A DNA stretch of 64,000 nt from Candidatus Bathyarchaeota archaeon (GTDB lineage Archaea; Thermoproteota; Bathyarchaeia; TCS64). Shown one piece after another: positions 50,702 to 60,515 of this stretch (its first letter is position 1; every line of letters begins with the position of its first letter). The stretch covers positions 288,001 to 352,000 of the forward strand of contig CAVYVF010000023.1 in NCBI GenBank assembly GCA_963771885.1, read 5' to 3'. A model generated the notes under the pieces. The model was not told where the DNA came from and did not search any database. It saw only the letters and a list, made by a program, of their open reading frames with translations. A program made the translations under genes and the position numbers.

Positions 50702-53431
50702 CTATTTCCAGCGCCAAATCTTCCTGCCGTAGAAGACCTCGGGCAGTATCAGCAGCCCCGTCATGGATGCTGCAAATACTATGACCCAGTCCATCGGGTT
50801 GGTCAGCCAGACCATACCGAAGACGCCGAAGTAGGGCAGGAAGACGGTCAACACCATCGAGACCACCACCGCGCCGAGCAGGAACTTGTTCGACGTGAAC
50901 CCGGTCACGAAGGCGTTGTGCTTTTCAGACCTGCAGTTCCAGACGACGAAGAGCTCCTGTAGCGAGGCGCGCATGAACGCCATCGTCCTCGCGTATGCGA
51001 GCTTGTCGGGCGTGAGCGGCCCAGGCGCTATGTAATACTGATAGTAGAACAGCCCACCGGTGAGGGATAGCTGCAGTATGAAGGTCACGATTATCGAAGC
51101 CATCCGGCCGTGTAAGATTCCCTCGTTGGGGTCGCGCGGCGGGCGCTGCATTACGTCTTTCTGCGGTGGATCCATCGTCAGTGCGAGGGCGGGTCCTCCG
51201 TCCGTGACTAGGTTTAGCCATAGAATCATTGCAGCCGTGAGAGGTAGCTCCAAACCTGCGAGCGCAAAGACGCCTATGATGGCGAGTTCGTCGAAGTTGC
51301 ACCTCATGAGGAAGAACGTGAACTTCCTGATGTTGTCGTAGATGGTTCTGCCGCCCTCGATCGCGCTCACGATTGTGGCGAAGTTGTCGTCGGCGAGGAC
51401 CATATGGGATGCCTCCCTCGTGACGTCGGTGCCGGTGATGCCCATGGCGATACCGATGTCGGACTGCTTGAGCGCGGGGGCGTCGTTTACGCCGTCGCCG
51501 CTCATGGCGACGATATTGCCCTTCGCTTTCAAGGCCCTAACTATCTTGATCTTGTGCTCAGGCGAGACCCTAGCGTAGACATTGACGTCCGAGACAATCT
51601 TCTGGTAGGTCTCGTCGTCCATAGCGTCTAGCTCGGCACCCGTCAGGACCTTGCCCTCCTTGAGGATTCCGAGCTCCTTCGCCACCGCCTCGGCGGTCAA
51701 CTTGTGGTCGCCGGTGATCATCACCGTCTTGATGCCCGCCTCGTCGCACTTCCTGACGGCGTCCTTGACCTCCGCCCTAGGCGGGTCGATCATGCCGATG
51801 AGTCCGACGAATGTGAGCGTCGCCTCAATCTCGTCCTCGCTTAGCTCGTCAACCTTTGAGTCGGGGAGGTTACGGTACGCAACGCCGAGGACGCGTAGCG
51901 CCTTGTGTGCCATCCTCTCGTTTGCCTGCAGGATCTCCTTCCTCTTCTCGTCAGTGAGCTTTACCGATTTTCCGTTCACCATCACCGCCGAGCAGCGTTC
52001 GAGCACGAGCTCTGTCGCACCCTTGACATTGCACACGAGGGTATCTCCCTCGTGCTTGTGGATTGTGGACATCCTCTTCCTCTCAGAGGAGAACGTGATC
52101 TCGTGGACGCGTGGAGCCTCCTTGTCCAGTTCAGGTTTGTTCAGCCCGAGCTTCGCCGCCGCAACGATCAGCGCGCCCTCCGTGGTATCTCCGATGACCT
52201 TTGTCCCATCGAGGATCGCGTTAGAGCATAGAGTCGAAGCCCTCAGGATAAGGTCCAGACTGGGCTTCTCACCCTTCTTCAGGCTTTTACCCTCGAGGAG
52301 GAACTCGCCCTTCTGCTCGTAGCCCACGCCGGTGACCTCTATCGTGTCATGGTCGACGTAGATCTCGCGCACCGTCATCTCTCCCTTCGTCAGCGTACCC
52401 GTCTTGTCCGAACAGACTACTGTGACGGCGCCAAGCGTCTCAGCGGACGAGAGCTTCCTAAGAACCGCGTTCCTCTTCGCCAGCTCCCTCGCACCGAGTG
52501 CGAGCGAGATCGTGACGACAGCAGGTAAGCCCTCTGGGACCGCCGATACAGCTAGTGACACAGAGACCATTAGGGAGTCAAGTATCGACTCGATTCCGAA
52601 ACCGCTCCTGAAGATCTCGACTACAAAGATGAGTATGACGATGCCGATGATGATCTTACCGAGCTTAGTAGCGAAACTCTCCAGCTTCTGTTGTAGGGGG
52701 GTGTCCCCCTCCTCAACACTCTGGACGAGCTCTGCGATCTTTCCGAACTCGGTCGTCATACCTGTCCCGGTTACGACCGCTTTGGCACGCCCATATGTTG
52801 CGTAGGTCCCCATGTACACCATGTTCTTCCTGTCGGCCACAGGGGTGTTATCGGACATCACGCCGCGCTTCTTGCTAACTGGCGAGGATTCACCCGTGAG
52901 GGCAGCCTCCGCCGTCATAAGATCGGTCGACTCGATCAGCACGGCGTCGGCTGGGATATGGTCGCCGGCTTCCAGGATCAGGATGTCGCCGGGGACTACT
53001 TCCCTCGCTGCCAGTACCGTTGGTTTACCATCCCTCAGTACATGGGCGCGCGGGGCCTGGAGCTTCTTCATAGCCTCGATCGCCTTCTCCGAACGATACT
53101 CCTGGACGAAGCCGACCGCCGCGTTTAGGACTACAATGAGACCGATGGTTATGGCATCGATGTACTCGTTCATCGACTCCTCGCCGCCGCTCTTGTACCA
53201 ACCGATGGCGACCGAGACAACTATAGCTACGAGGAGCATTATGACGAAGATGTCCTTAAACTGGTTGAGCAGTATCTGGAGTGGGGTTATCCGCTTCTTC
53301 TCAACGAGTTCGTTGTAGCCGTATTGTTTGATTTTTGCCTCGGCTTCGGAGGATGTGATGCCGTTCTCATTGGTTTTTAGATCACTCAGTATTTCATGAA
53401 CATCTCTTGTGTACCATTGCTTCTTCTCCAA
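50702..53431 (-). CDS. P-type cation-transporting ATPase (type IIA, Ca2+-like)
   Basis: TGES, VPEGLP, DKTGTLT, KGA, DPPR, TGD, GDGVNDAPAL, NLVTDG. Confidence 0.96.
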   Translation of the reverse strand: MEKKQWYTRDVHEILSDLKTNENGITSSEAEAKIKQYGYNELVEKKRITPLQILLNQFKDIFVIMLLVAIVVSVAIGWYKSGGEESMNEYIDAITIGLIVVLNAAVGFVQEYRSEKAIEAMKKLQAPRAHVLRDGKPTVLAAREVVPGDILILEAGDHIPADAVLIESTDLMTAEAALTGESSPVSKKRGVMSDNTPVADRKNMVYMGTYATYGRAKAVVTGTGMTTEFGKIAELVQSVEEGDTPLQQKLESFATKLGKIIIGIVILIFVVEIFRSGFGIESILDSLMVSVSLAVSAVPEGLPAVVTISLALGARELAKRNAVLRKLSSAETLGAVTVVCSDKTGTLTKGEMTVREIYVDHDTIEVTGVGYEQKGEFLLEGKSLKKGEKPSLDLILRASTLCSNAILDGTKVIGDTTEGALIVAAAKLGLNKPELDKEAPRVHEITFSSERKRMSTIHKHEGDTLVCNVKGATELVLERCSAVMVNGKSVKLTDEKRKEILQANERMAHKALRVLGVAYRNLPDSKVDELSEDEIEATLTFVGLIGMIDPPRAEVKDAVRKCDEAGIKTVMITGDHKLTAEAVAKELGILKEGKVLTGAELDAMDDETYQKIVSDVNVYARVSPEHKIKIVRALKAKGNIVAMSGDGVNDAPALKQSDIGIAMGITGTDVTREASHMVLADDNFATIVSAIEGGRTIYDNIRKFTFFLMRCNFDELAIIGVFALAGLELPLTAAMILWLNLVTDGGPALALTMDPPQKDVMQRPPRDPNEGILHGRMASIIVTFILQLSLTGGLFYYQYYIAPGPLTPDKLAYARTMAFMRASLQELFVVWNCRSEKHNAFVTGFTSNKFLLGAVVVSMVLTVFLPYFGVFGMVWLTNPMDWVIVFAASMTGLLILPEVFYGRKIWRWK

Positions 53432-53546
53432 GCAATCACCGCGTGTCCCTTTCCTAGAAATTCAGTACCCCTAAAAAGATTTGGGCTGATATTTTTCGTG
53501 GATAAAATCTGTTATAGGCTGTAACTGCATCGTTATTCTGACTGTC

Positions 53547-54209
53547 TTGGTTAAGAAAGCGAAAGTCGATTTGGCTCTGATCAGGGAGAAACTAAACTCA
53601 AGCCTACTTAGCGACGTACTCGACGGAATGGGTATAAGGAATCAATGTATGTCTCAGGGGATCCGTCCCGCCTACCCGGGCGCAAAGGTCGTTGGGTGGG
53701 CGCACACGATGCTCATGGTCGACCAGCACGAGCCGGAGCAGGACACATTCAAGCTGCAGCTTGAGGGGATCGACTCCCTGAAGGGCGACGACTTAATGAT
53801 CGTCGCTTCGAACGGCTCGACCTCCGCAGCACTCTGGGGCGAGCTTCTCTCCACAGCCGCACGGTGCAGGGGTGCGACAGGCGCAGTCATCGACGGTCTC
53901 GTCCGCGACATAAGCCAGATCGAGGAGATGAAGTTCCCCGTCTTCGCCTCGGGGATTCGCCCGATCAGCAGCAAGGGGCGTGTCATCGCGATAGGCTATG
54001 GTTGCAGAATAAGGTGCGGGGGTGTAAACGTCGAAGAGGGTGACCTCATCGTCGGTGACGTCGACGGGGTGACCGTCGTCCCGGACACGGCGGTTGAAGA
54101 GGTGGTGAAACGGGCATTTGAGAGGGCAAGCAGCGAGAGAAAGACGCGCAAGGAACTCCTCGCCGGATCCACGCTCAGCGCCGTGTACCAGAAGTACGGC
54201 ACGATCTAG
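53547..54209 (+). CDS. RraA / HMG-aldolase family protein
   Basis: LSDVLD, ALWGELL, VIDGLVRD, GDLIVGDVDGV. Confidence 0.92.
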   Translation: MVKKAKVDLALIREKLNSSLLSDVLDGMGIRNQCMSQGIRPAYPGAKVVGWAHTMLMVDQHEPEQDTFKLQLEGIDSLKGDDLMIVASNGSTSAALWGELLSTAARCRGATGAVIDGLVRDISQIEEMKFPVFASGIRPISSKGRVIAIGYGCRIRCGGVNVEEGDLIVGDVDGVTVVPDTAVEEVVKRAFERASSERKTRKELLAGSTLSAVYQKYGTI

Positions 54210-56161
54210 CCGAAGCCGAGAAATACCAGAACCCGGAAGATTACACCTCCCAGAGCAACAGCTAGAAAAACCTCTACCAAGCTTATCACCGCAGCTGTCC
54301 TCGTACCGAACTCCTTGGCGAGCACCGCAATGGTCGCGAGGCAGGGTAAGTAGAGCATCACGACAAAGGCGAAGACGAACATCTGTGCCGGTGTCAAGAT
54401 AAGGGCAAAGTTCGTAGTCCCCATGATAGACGCGAGGAGGATGAGTGTCAGCTCTTTTCTAAGGACGCCAAAGATAAGCACGACGCCAGTCGCGGCGGGT
54501 AGCCCGAGCCACCACACCGTGACCGGGCTGAACAAATCCTGCACCACATTAAGTAGCCCCAACGTGTTTGCGACATAGATCACAAGGTTCCCAGCGACCA
54601 TAATCGGGAACGCCTCATAGACAAAGTCCTTGACCCTGAACCAAGTCCGCTGCGCCGTAATCTTCGATGAAGGGAGCTTGTAAACAGGCATTTCCATTAT
54701 CAACCCAACTGGTTCCCCGGGGAGCACCTTGAAGGCAACCCTACCCAGCGCAAAGATGATGATGAAGTCGATGAGGTAGAGGGCGACCGCCCACTCGAAG
54801 CCGAGGTACGTTGCGACGAGACCCATGATGACGATGCTCCTCGCAGCGCAGGGCACGAGGCTTGATACAAAGGCGCAGATTAGGCGTTCCCTCTCCGTCT
54901 CCATAATGCTACAGCCGAGGCACGCTGGTACGTTGCACCCGAAGCCAAGCATCATTGGGATGAAGCCCTTCCCGTGCAACCCGATCTTATGCATAAGAGA
55001 ATCCATTAGGAAGGCTATTCTAGCGAGGTAGCCCGAGTCCTCGAGGAGGCTCAGGACGAGGAAGAACGGGACGATGTATGGGAGCGCAATCGAAACGCCG
55101 GCTATCACGCCCTCAATCAGACCCGTCCATATGAACGCTTGAATCACGCCGTCACCCAGCGAGGCGAAGTACACGTTTTTGAATGTCTCGAAGACATTGC
55201 CAAGTATTCCTGTCACAAAGTCCCCGACCGCGAAGATCGAGAGAAATGTCGCTAAGACGACGCTGATCATGATTGCGTATCCGATAACCGGGTGGCTCGT
55301 CGCGTCCTCAAGTTCCCTCAGGATATTTCTCCTCGACTCGACGTGTATCGAAGCCTCGGCTGCTATCCTGCTCGCTTGGATGTACCGCTCCGAAGTTATG
55401 ACACTGGCTGCGTCGTGACCGTGTATTTCCTCCATCTTGCGCCTCGCGGCTGCGACCCGCCCTTCACATGCGGGGCAGTTTGGGTAGACGAGCTTCTCAA
55501 TCTCATCATCGCCCTCAAGGAGCTTTATCGCGACCCAACGCCGGGGGTAGGGGGACTCGACGCCCTCGAGTATCGTCATTATTTCACTGACGGTCTTCTC
55601 TACCTCGGTGCCGAAGGGGAGCGGTCGGGAAACCGGGGAGTCGTTAACATGTATCTTAATCGCCTCGTCCATTAACTCGTGCAGCCCAAGGTTCTTCACC
55701 GCCGTCGTAGCGACGACAGGGACTCCGAGGAGGGTGGAGAGCCTTTGAGCGTTGACGCGTATGCCCCGCTTCTCGGCAACGTCAACAAGATTCAACGCGA
55801 CGACGAGGTGTGGCTCAAGCTCGAGGAGCTGGGCCGTGAAGAAGAGGTTCCTCTCTAGCGCTGAGGCGTCGACGACGTTTATGAGGGCGTCGGGGTGCTC
55901 TACAGCGATGTATTCCCTGCTGACCTGCTCCTCTAGGCTGTAAGTGCTCAGGCTGTAGATGCCGGGAAGATCGACTACATCGATCGTGTAACCATCATGT
56001 ACAAGTGTCCCCTCAGCCCGTTTCACTGTCTTACCCGGCCAGTTGCCGACATGTTGGTGGAGTCCCGTGAGCTGGTTGAAGATAACGCTCTTGCCGACGT
56101 TCGCGTTACCCGCAAGGGCGACGGTCAGCAACCATTCATCTTTGTGGATTATATTCGACAA
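54206..56161 (-). CDS. feoB: Ferrous iron transporter FeoB
   Basis: GNANVGKS, GNWPGKTV, DLPG, EDSGY, GFGCNVP, MEMP, LYLPC. Confidence 0.97.
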   Translation of the reverse strand: MSNIIHKDEWLLTVALAGNANVGKSVIFNQLTGLHQHVGNWPGKTVKRAEGTLVHDGYTIDVVDLPGIYSLSTYSLEEQVSREYIAVEHPDALINVVDASALERNLFFTAQLLELEPHLVVALNLVDVAEKRGIRVNAQRLSTLLGVPVVATTAVKNLGLHELMDEAIKIHVNDSPVSRPLPFGTEVEKTVSEIMTILEGVESPYPRRWVAIKLLEGDDEIEKLVYPNCPACEGRVAAARRKMEEIHGHDAASVITSERYIQASRIAAEASIHVESRRNILRELEDATSHPVIGYAIMISVVLATFLSIFAVGDFVTGILGNVFETFKNVYFASLGDGVIQAFIWTGLIEGVIAGVSIALPYIVPFFLVLSLLEDSGYLARIAFLMDSLMHKIGLHGKGFIPMMLGFGCNVPACLGCSIMETERERLICAFVSSLVPCAARSIVIMGLVATYLGFEWAVALYLIDFIIIFALGRVAFKVLPGEPVGLIMEMPVYKLPSSKITAQRTWFRVKDFVYEAFPIMVAGNLVIYVANTLGLLNVVQDLFSPVTVWWLGLPAATGVVLIFGVLRKELTLILLASIMGTTNFALILTPAQMFVFAFVVMLYLPCLATIAVLAKEFGTRTAAVISLVEVFLAVALGGVIFRVLVFLGFG

Positions 56162-56171
56162 GTTGACCGCC

Positions 56172-56921
56172 TCAGTGGATTACATGGTGGGGACCGTGTG
56201 GGTGTGTGGTCGGCGCGGTTGCCTCACCGACCTCGATGTAGACTTTGTCGGCAAGCCCCCTTCCAATTGCGAGTCGGGTTCCCCTGACCTCTATTTCGAC
56301 GGGTCCTTGAAATGGTGCGGCATTTATTACCTTGACCTCAGCGCCGGGGCAGAGGCCCATGTCACCAATCCTCTGGCAGGCGGTGCCACCGCCTTTCGTG
56401 AATGCGACCTTGCCTGAGTCCCTCGGTCTCATCCGCGACAGCTGCGCGAGGAGGCGCGGACGCCCGCTCTCCCTCTCCCTTAGGTTCTTGCAGTCCTCAC
56501 AGCTACTGTAGTCGAGTGTACAGGGGGGGATTGGGTTGCCGTCGTCTGGACACGTCGAAGGATTGTTGAGTTTCTCGCAGAGCGCACAAGCAACCTCGTC
56601 ACTCACACTGTGCTCGAGCCTGCAAGCCTCGTCATGCACCTTTTCCTTGGAGAACCCGAGAGAGTCGTGTAGGAACCTCTCGAGGAGCCTGTGCTTCCTG
56701 ACGACCTTCTGAGCCCTCGCGTTGCCTACGCCAGTGAGTAGAACGCCCTTGTATGGCTCATATGTTACGAGTCCCTCGTCGGCTAGCTTTTTTATCATCT
56801 GTGTGACGCTGGCAGGGGAGACATGAAGCTTCTCGGCGAGGTCCTGGTTTTTAGCTAGTTCGCCTTTTTCATTGAAAGTGTAGATTGCTTCTAGGTATTC
56901 CTCGACGCTGTCGCTCATCAC
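56172..56921 (-). CDS. DtxR/MntR family metal-dependent regulator with Cys-rich linker and C-terminal FeoA domain
   Basis: EEYLEAIY, SPASVTQM, RKHRLLERFL, EACRLEH; DMGLCPG...GP...LAIGR (FeoA). Confidence 0.93.
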   Translation of the reverse strand: MMSDSVEEYLEAIYTFNEKGELAKNQDLAEKLHVSPASVTQMIKKLADEGLVTYEPYKGVLLTGVGNARAQKVVRKHRLLERFLHDSLGFSKEKVHDEACRLEHSVSDEVACALCEKLNNPSTCPDDGNPIPPCTLDYSSCEDCKNLRERESGRPRLLAQLSRMRPRDSGKVAFTKGGGTACQRIGDMGLCPGAEVKVINAAPFQGPVEIEVRGTRLAIGRGLADKVYIEVGEATAPTTHPHGPHHVIH

Positions 56922-56931
56922 GCCTCAGTCT

Positions 56932-56971
56932 TTTTAGGCATGCCTAAAATATAAAGTTTAGGCTTGCCTAA
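56932..56971. promoter_or_regulatory. Two DtxR-family operators flanking the TATA box of the regulator-feoB operon
   Basis: TTTTAGGCATGCCTAAAA (56932-56949) and TTAGGC-TT-GCCTAA (56958-56971); minus-strand TTTATATT between them. Confidence 0.85.
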
Positions 56972-58014
56972 GAAAGAAGGTGATATAAGAAGCGAGGCGT
57001 CCTTAGGCAGCAGCCCTCCGCTCGGTAGTCGATCTTCTTAGATATCCTGCCCGCTGCGATCAGCTCATCGAGCACCTCGATGAAGGGATTGACTATGCTG
57101 ACTCCGTAGTCGCGGCGTAAGGCCCTCCATTCATCCAGCTCTATGCCGTATGCCTTCGCCCAGTGCGTCCTGTCGAGTGCGTACCAGAGGCGATAGAAGT
57201 CGAGGTCGCTTGCGCCGAGGATGCTCGTGATGCCCTCCTTGAGTACCCTTTTGTTTAGCTTCATGTCATGCATCTTATAGTTCGTGTCGAGGACGGAGAC
57301 CTCCGCCTTGCCCCGAGTAAGCTTAATGAGGCTGTTCTTCGGCGGCTGGTAGACCTTCTTCAATTCGTCCTTTATCGGTTCCATGCCGGCAAGGCTACTA
57401 GTCCAAATGACCTCGTCCTTGCCTATTCCTATGCAGCAGGGCTGCCACCTATTAGCGAGCCAGATGGTATCAGGCTCGGACTCGCTTATGAGGCAGAGGA
57501 GGACTTGCCCCGTGAGCTTGGGCATGACTGTATGTAGCGCCTCGTCGAAGCCTGCGCCTTTCTTGATTTCGTCGTCGATCATATGGACGGCGACCTCGCT
57601 ATCTGTGATCCAGTCGATGGCGGGGTTGTACGCCTTGAACTTGTGGCTCGGCTTGAGGCGCGCCCAGTGCTCCTTGAAGTTGGAGATGTCTCCGTTGTGC
57701 ATCATAGCGATGTCGCCAGCGTCGTTGGTGAAGGGGTGGCACATGTTGTCTGCGTCGTACCGGGGGTCCTCGCGGGCGTAGGCGCTGTACCGGCTGTGAC
57801 CAATCCCGATGCTGCCCCTTAGCTTTGCGATCTTGGTGGTTTTCTTGACCATGGCGACTGGACCGGTCGCCTTCTGGAGTTGTATCTTACCCTTGGCGTC
57901 GATGACGCCTATACCCGTCGCGTGGGCGGCGAAGTAGGGTTCTTGGATTTCTAGGGCCTTGAGAACCAGAGACGCTATGGGTCTGTCCCCTATGTATCCG
58001 ACAAGTTGGCACAT
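56968..58014 (-). CDS. Stand-alone class II glutamine amidotransferase-domain (Ntn hydrolase) protein
   Basis: N-terminal MC, GIGHSRY, HPF, HNGDI, TDSE; no SIS or PRTase domain. Confidence 0.85.
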   Translation of the reverse strand: MCQLVGYIGDRPIASLVLKALEIQEPYFAAHATGIGVIDAKGKIQLQKATGPVAMVKKTTKIAKLRGSIGIGHSRYSAYAREDPRYDADNMCHPFTNDAGDIAMMHNGDISNFKEHWARLKPSHKFKAYNPAIDWITDSEVAVHMIDDEIKKGAGFDEALHTVMPKLTGQVLLCLISESEPDTIWLANRWQPCCIGIGKDEVIWTSSLAGMEPIKDELKKVYQPPKNSLIKLTRGKAEVSVLDTNYKMHDMKLNKRVLKEGITSILGASDLDFYRLWYALDRTHWAKAYGIELDEWRALRRDYGVSIVNPFIEVLDELIAAGRISKKIDYRAEGCCLRTPRFLYHLLS

Positions 58015-58106
58015 TGGGGGAGAGTACGCCTCTGCGTGTATTAAAAACTGAGTATAATCGGAGCAAAACTATGAATAAAAATGGCTAATTTTTTTATCTA
58101 ACTGCG

Positions 58107-58601
58107 CTAGGCGAGCCTCATATTTCCCCGCTCGATGGCGGCTGCGCCGGTCCTGCTCATCTCCTCTATGCCGATGGGCGCGATCTTCTTGAGGAACTCA
58201 TCGATCTCGTCGGTGGGTCCCGTGACCTCTGCGATGAGTATGTCCGGCTCCACATCGAGGATGAGTCCGTGGTATGCGTTTACAGTGTTGACTGCCTCGA
58301 TCCTTGCGATCGGGTCCGATGTCTTCATTTTAATAAGCAGTAATTCCCTGCTGAGTGTCCTGATTGGGTCGAGGCGTTTCACCTTGACGACATCAACCAT
58401 CTTGTCGAGCTGTTCGACTATCTGGTTCAGTATCTTGCTCTCAGCGTCTACTACGACCGTCATTCTACTTAGCGGGCTACCCTCAACTGGGCCGACTGTG
58501 AGGCTCTGGATGTTGTAGCCTCGGCGCCGGAAGAGGTTGGCGACTTTGAAGAGGACTCCCGGTTTGTTTTCGACGAGGAAGCTGACTGTGTGTAGTGGCA
58601 T
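58107..58601 (-). CDS. ilvN: Acetolactate synthase small (regulatory) subunit
   Basis: VENKPGVL..LFRRRGYNIxSL, SRMT, RELxLIK, RTG. Confidence 0.95.
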   Translation of the reverse strand: MPLHTVSFLVENKPGVLFKVANLFRRRGYNIQSLTVGPVEGSPLSRMTVVVDAESKILNQIVEQLDKMVDVVKVKRLDPIRTLSRELLLIKMKTSDPIARIEAVNTVNAYHGLILDVEPDILIAEVTGPTDEIDEFLKKIAPIGIEEMSRTGAAAIERGNMRLA

Positions 58602-58602
58602 C

Positions 58603-60286
58603 TTAGACGCCTCCTAGGAGGATGTCCTTTAGCCCCATGCCCGGCGGGATCATAGGGTAGACGTTCTCCTCTGGGTCGATAGGGACCTCGATGACGGTCG
58701 TCTGCTTGTCTTTGATGCTCCTCTTTATGGCTGACTCTATCTGCTTCGTGGACTCTGCCTTGATACCTACGGCTCCGTAGGTCTCGGCGAGCTTGGCGAA
58801 GTCGGGGTGCTTCGGTCTCGTTATTGTGCTGTATCTGCGGTCGTAGAATAGGCGCTGCCACTGTGCGACCATGCCGAGGACGCCGTTGTTTAGTATGACG
58901 ACGGTTATGGGGAAACCCTCATCCACAGCGAGTGCGAGGTTGTTCTCCGTCATGGCGAAGCTGCCGTCGCCGCTGATGTTGAGGACGGGGAGGTCAGGGC
59001 GCGCTGCCTTGGCGCCGATGGCTGCTGGCGTCCCCCAGCCCATCGTACCGAGACCGCCACTTGTGAAGAACTCGCCGGCGCCGTGTACGTCGTAGTGCTG
59101 GGCCGCCCACATCTGGTGCTGGCCCACGTCGGTCACGACTATGCTCTTCGCGGGCATAGCTCTCCGTATCGCACGGATAACCTCTGGGCCAGAGAGTGGC
59201 GAGGTGTTGAGTGTGTTCGTCTGCGCCCGTAACTCAGCGATCCTCTTTATGAGCGCCTCGTCCTTCTTGCCGGTCTTCCTCTGCTGGGCGACCTTATCTC
59301 CTATCCCGCGTAGGGCGAGCCTTGCGTCGCCCGACTATCCTCGTGATGCTGTCGACGTTCTTGTCTATCTCACTCCTGTCGACGTCGACATGGATGATAC
59401 GAGCGTTCGGGGCGAAGCCCCTGAGCGAGCCGGTTGTGCGGTCGCTGAAGCGCGCGCCGACGACTAGGAGGACATCCGCCTCAGGGACCACATAATTCGC
59501 CTCGCAGCGCCCGTGCATCCCGCAGAGCCCGAGGCTGAGCGGGTGGTCGCTGGGTATGGCGCCCTTTCCCATGAGGCTGTGGGCTACGGGTGCCTGCAGC
59601 ATCTCGGCAAGCTCGATAAGCTCCGACGTTGCCCCTGCTGCGACGGCTCCTCCACCGGCGATGATGACGGGTCGGTGCGCCTTCGAAAGAAGCGTCGCGG
59701 CCCAGTGTATCTCCTGAGGGTTGGGCTCAGCGCTCGGGTGGTACCCGCGGAACTCGACCTTGTCCGGGAAGACCATCTCAGCCCTATCCGTCTGGGTGTC
59801 CTTTGGGATGTCGACTAGGACAGCGCCCTTCCTGCCGGTCGATGAGATGTGGAAGGCGGACTTGATCGCGTGCGGTATCTCCGCCGCCTCCATGACCTGT
59901 ATGTTGTGCTTAGTGACGGAGGCGGTGATGCCTATGATGTCGACCTCTTGGAAGGCGTCGGTTCCCACCATGCTGAGTGGGACCTGCCCCGTGAGGGCGA
60001 CGACGGGCGACGAGTCGAGCTGCGCCGTTGCGAGCCCAGTCACGATGTTGGTCGCGCCGGGTCCGCTGGTCACCTGCACGACGCCAGGTCTCCCGGAGAC
60101 GCGCGCGTAGCCGTCCGCCATGTGGGTGGAGCCCTGCTCGTGGACGCCGCCCACGTAGCGGATCTTCGACTTGAGCAGCTCGTCGCATATCGGGATAATA
60201 GCGGCGCCGGTTATACCGAACAGGTACTCGACGCCCTCCTTTTCAAGCGCCTTGACGTAAGCCTCGGCGCCAGTCATCTCAGGCAT
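58603..60286 (-). CDS. ilvB: Acetolactate synthase large subunit; split by an apparent +1 frameshift near 59331
   Basis: HEQG..HMADGYAR, TSGPGATN, FQEVD, GMHG, RFSDR, DVGQHQMW, SGGLGTMG, GDGSF..NN..LGMVxQWQ. Confidence 0.94.
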
Positions 60287-60515
60287 GCATGGAATCCTCC
60301 AGTTGTTGAATTTTCTAGGATCATTGATCCAGTTGTCTCTGACGGGAATCTAGGGACTAAGAATACGATTCCCCATTCAGCTCTCCCCCGCGCTCGGGGG
60401 CTCGACAAAGCAATACCCCATGTTCCATCCTCCCTTGCGGGATGTAAGCTAACCAAACTACGGATCGAATAAAAAGGTTTGGAGTAACAAAAACCCAACA
60501 AAATTTGACTTGTAG

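Noticed and set aside
60287..60460. Canonical TPP riboswitch or T-box
   Set aside because: Only loose resemblance (CTGGATCAATG); the conserved cores are missing. Kept as an unknown structured leader.
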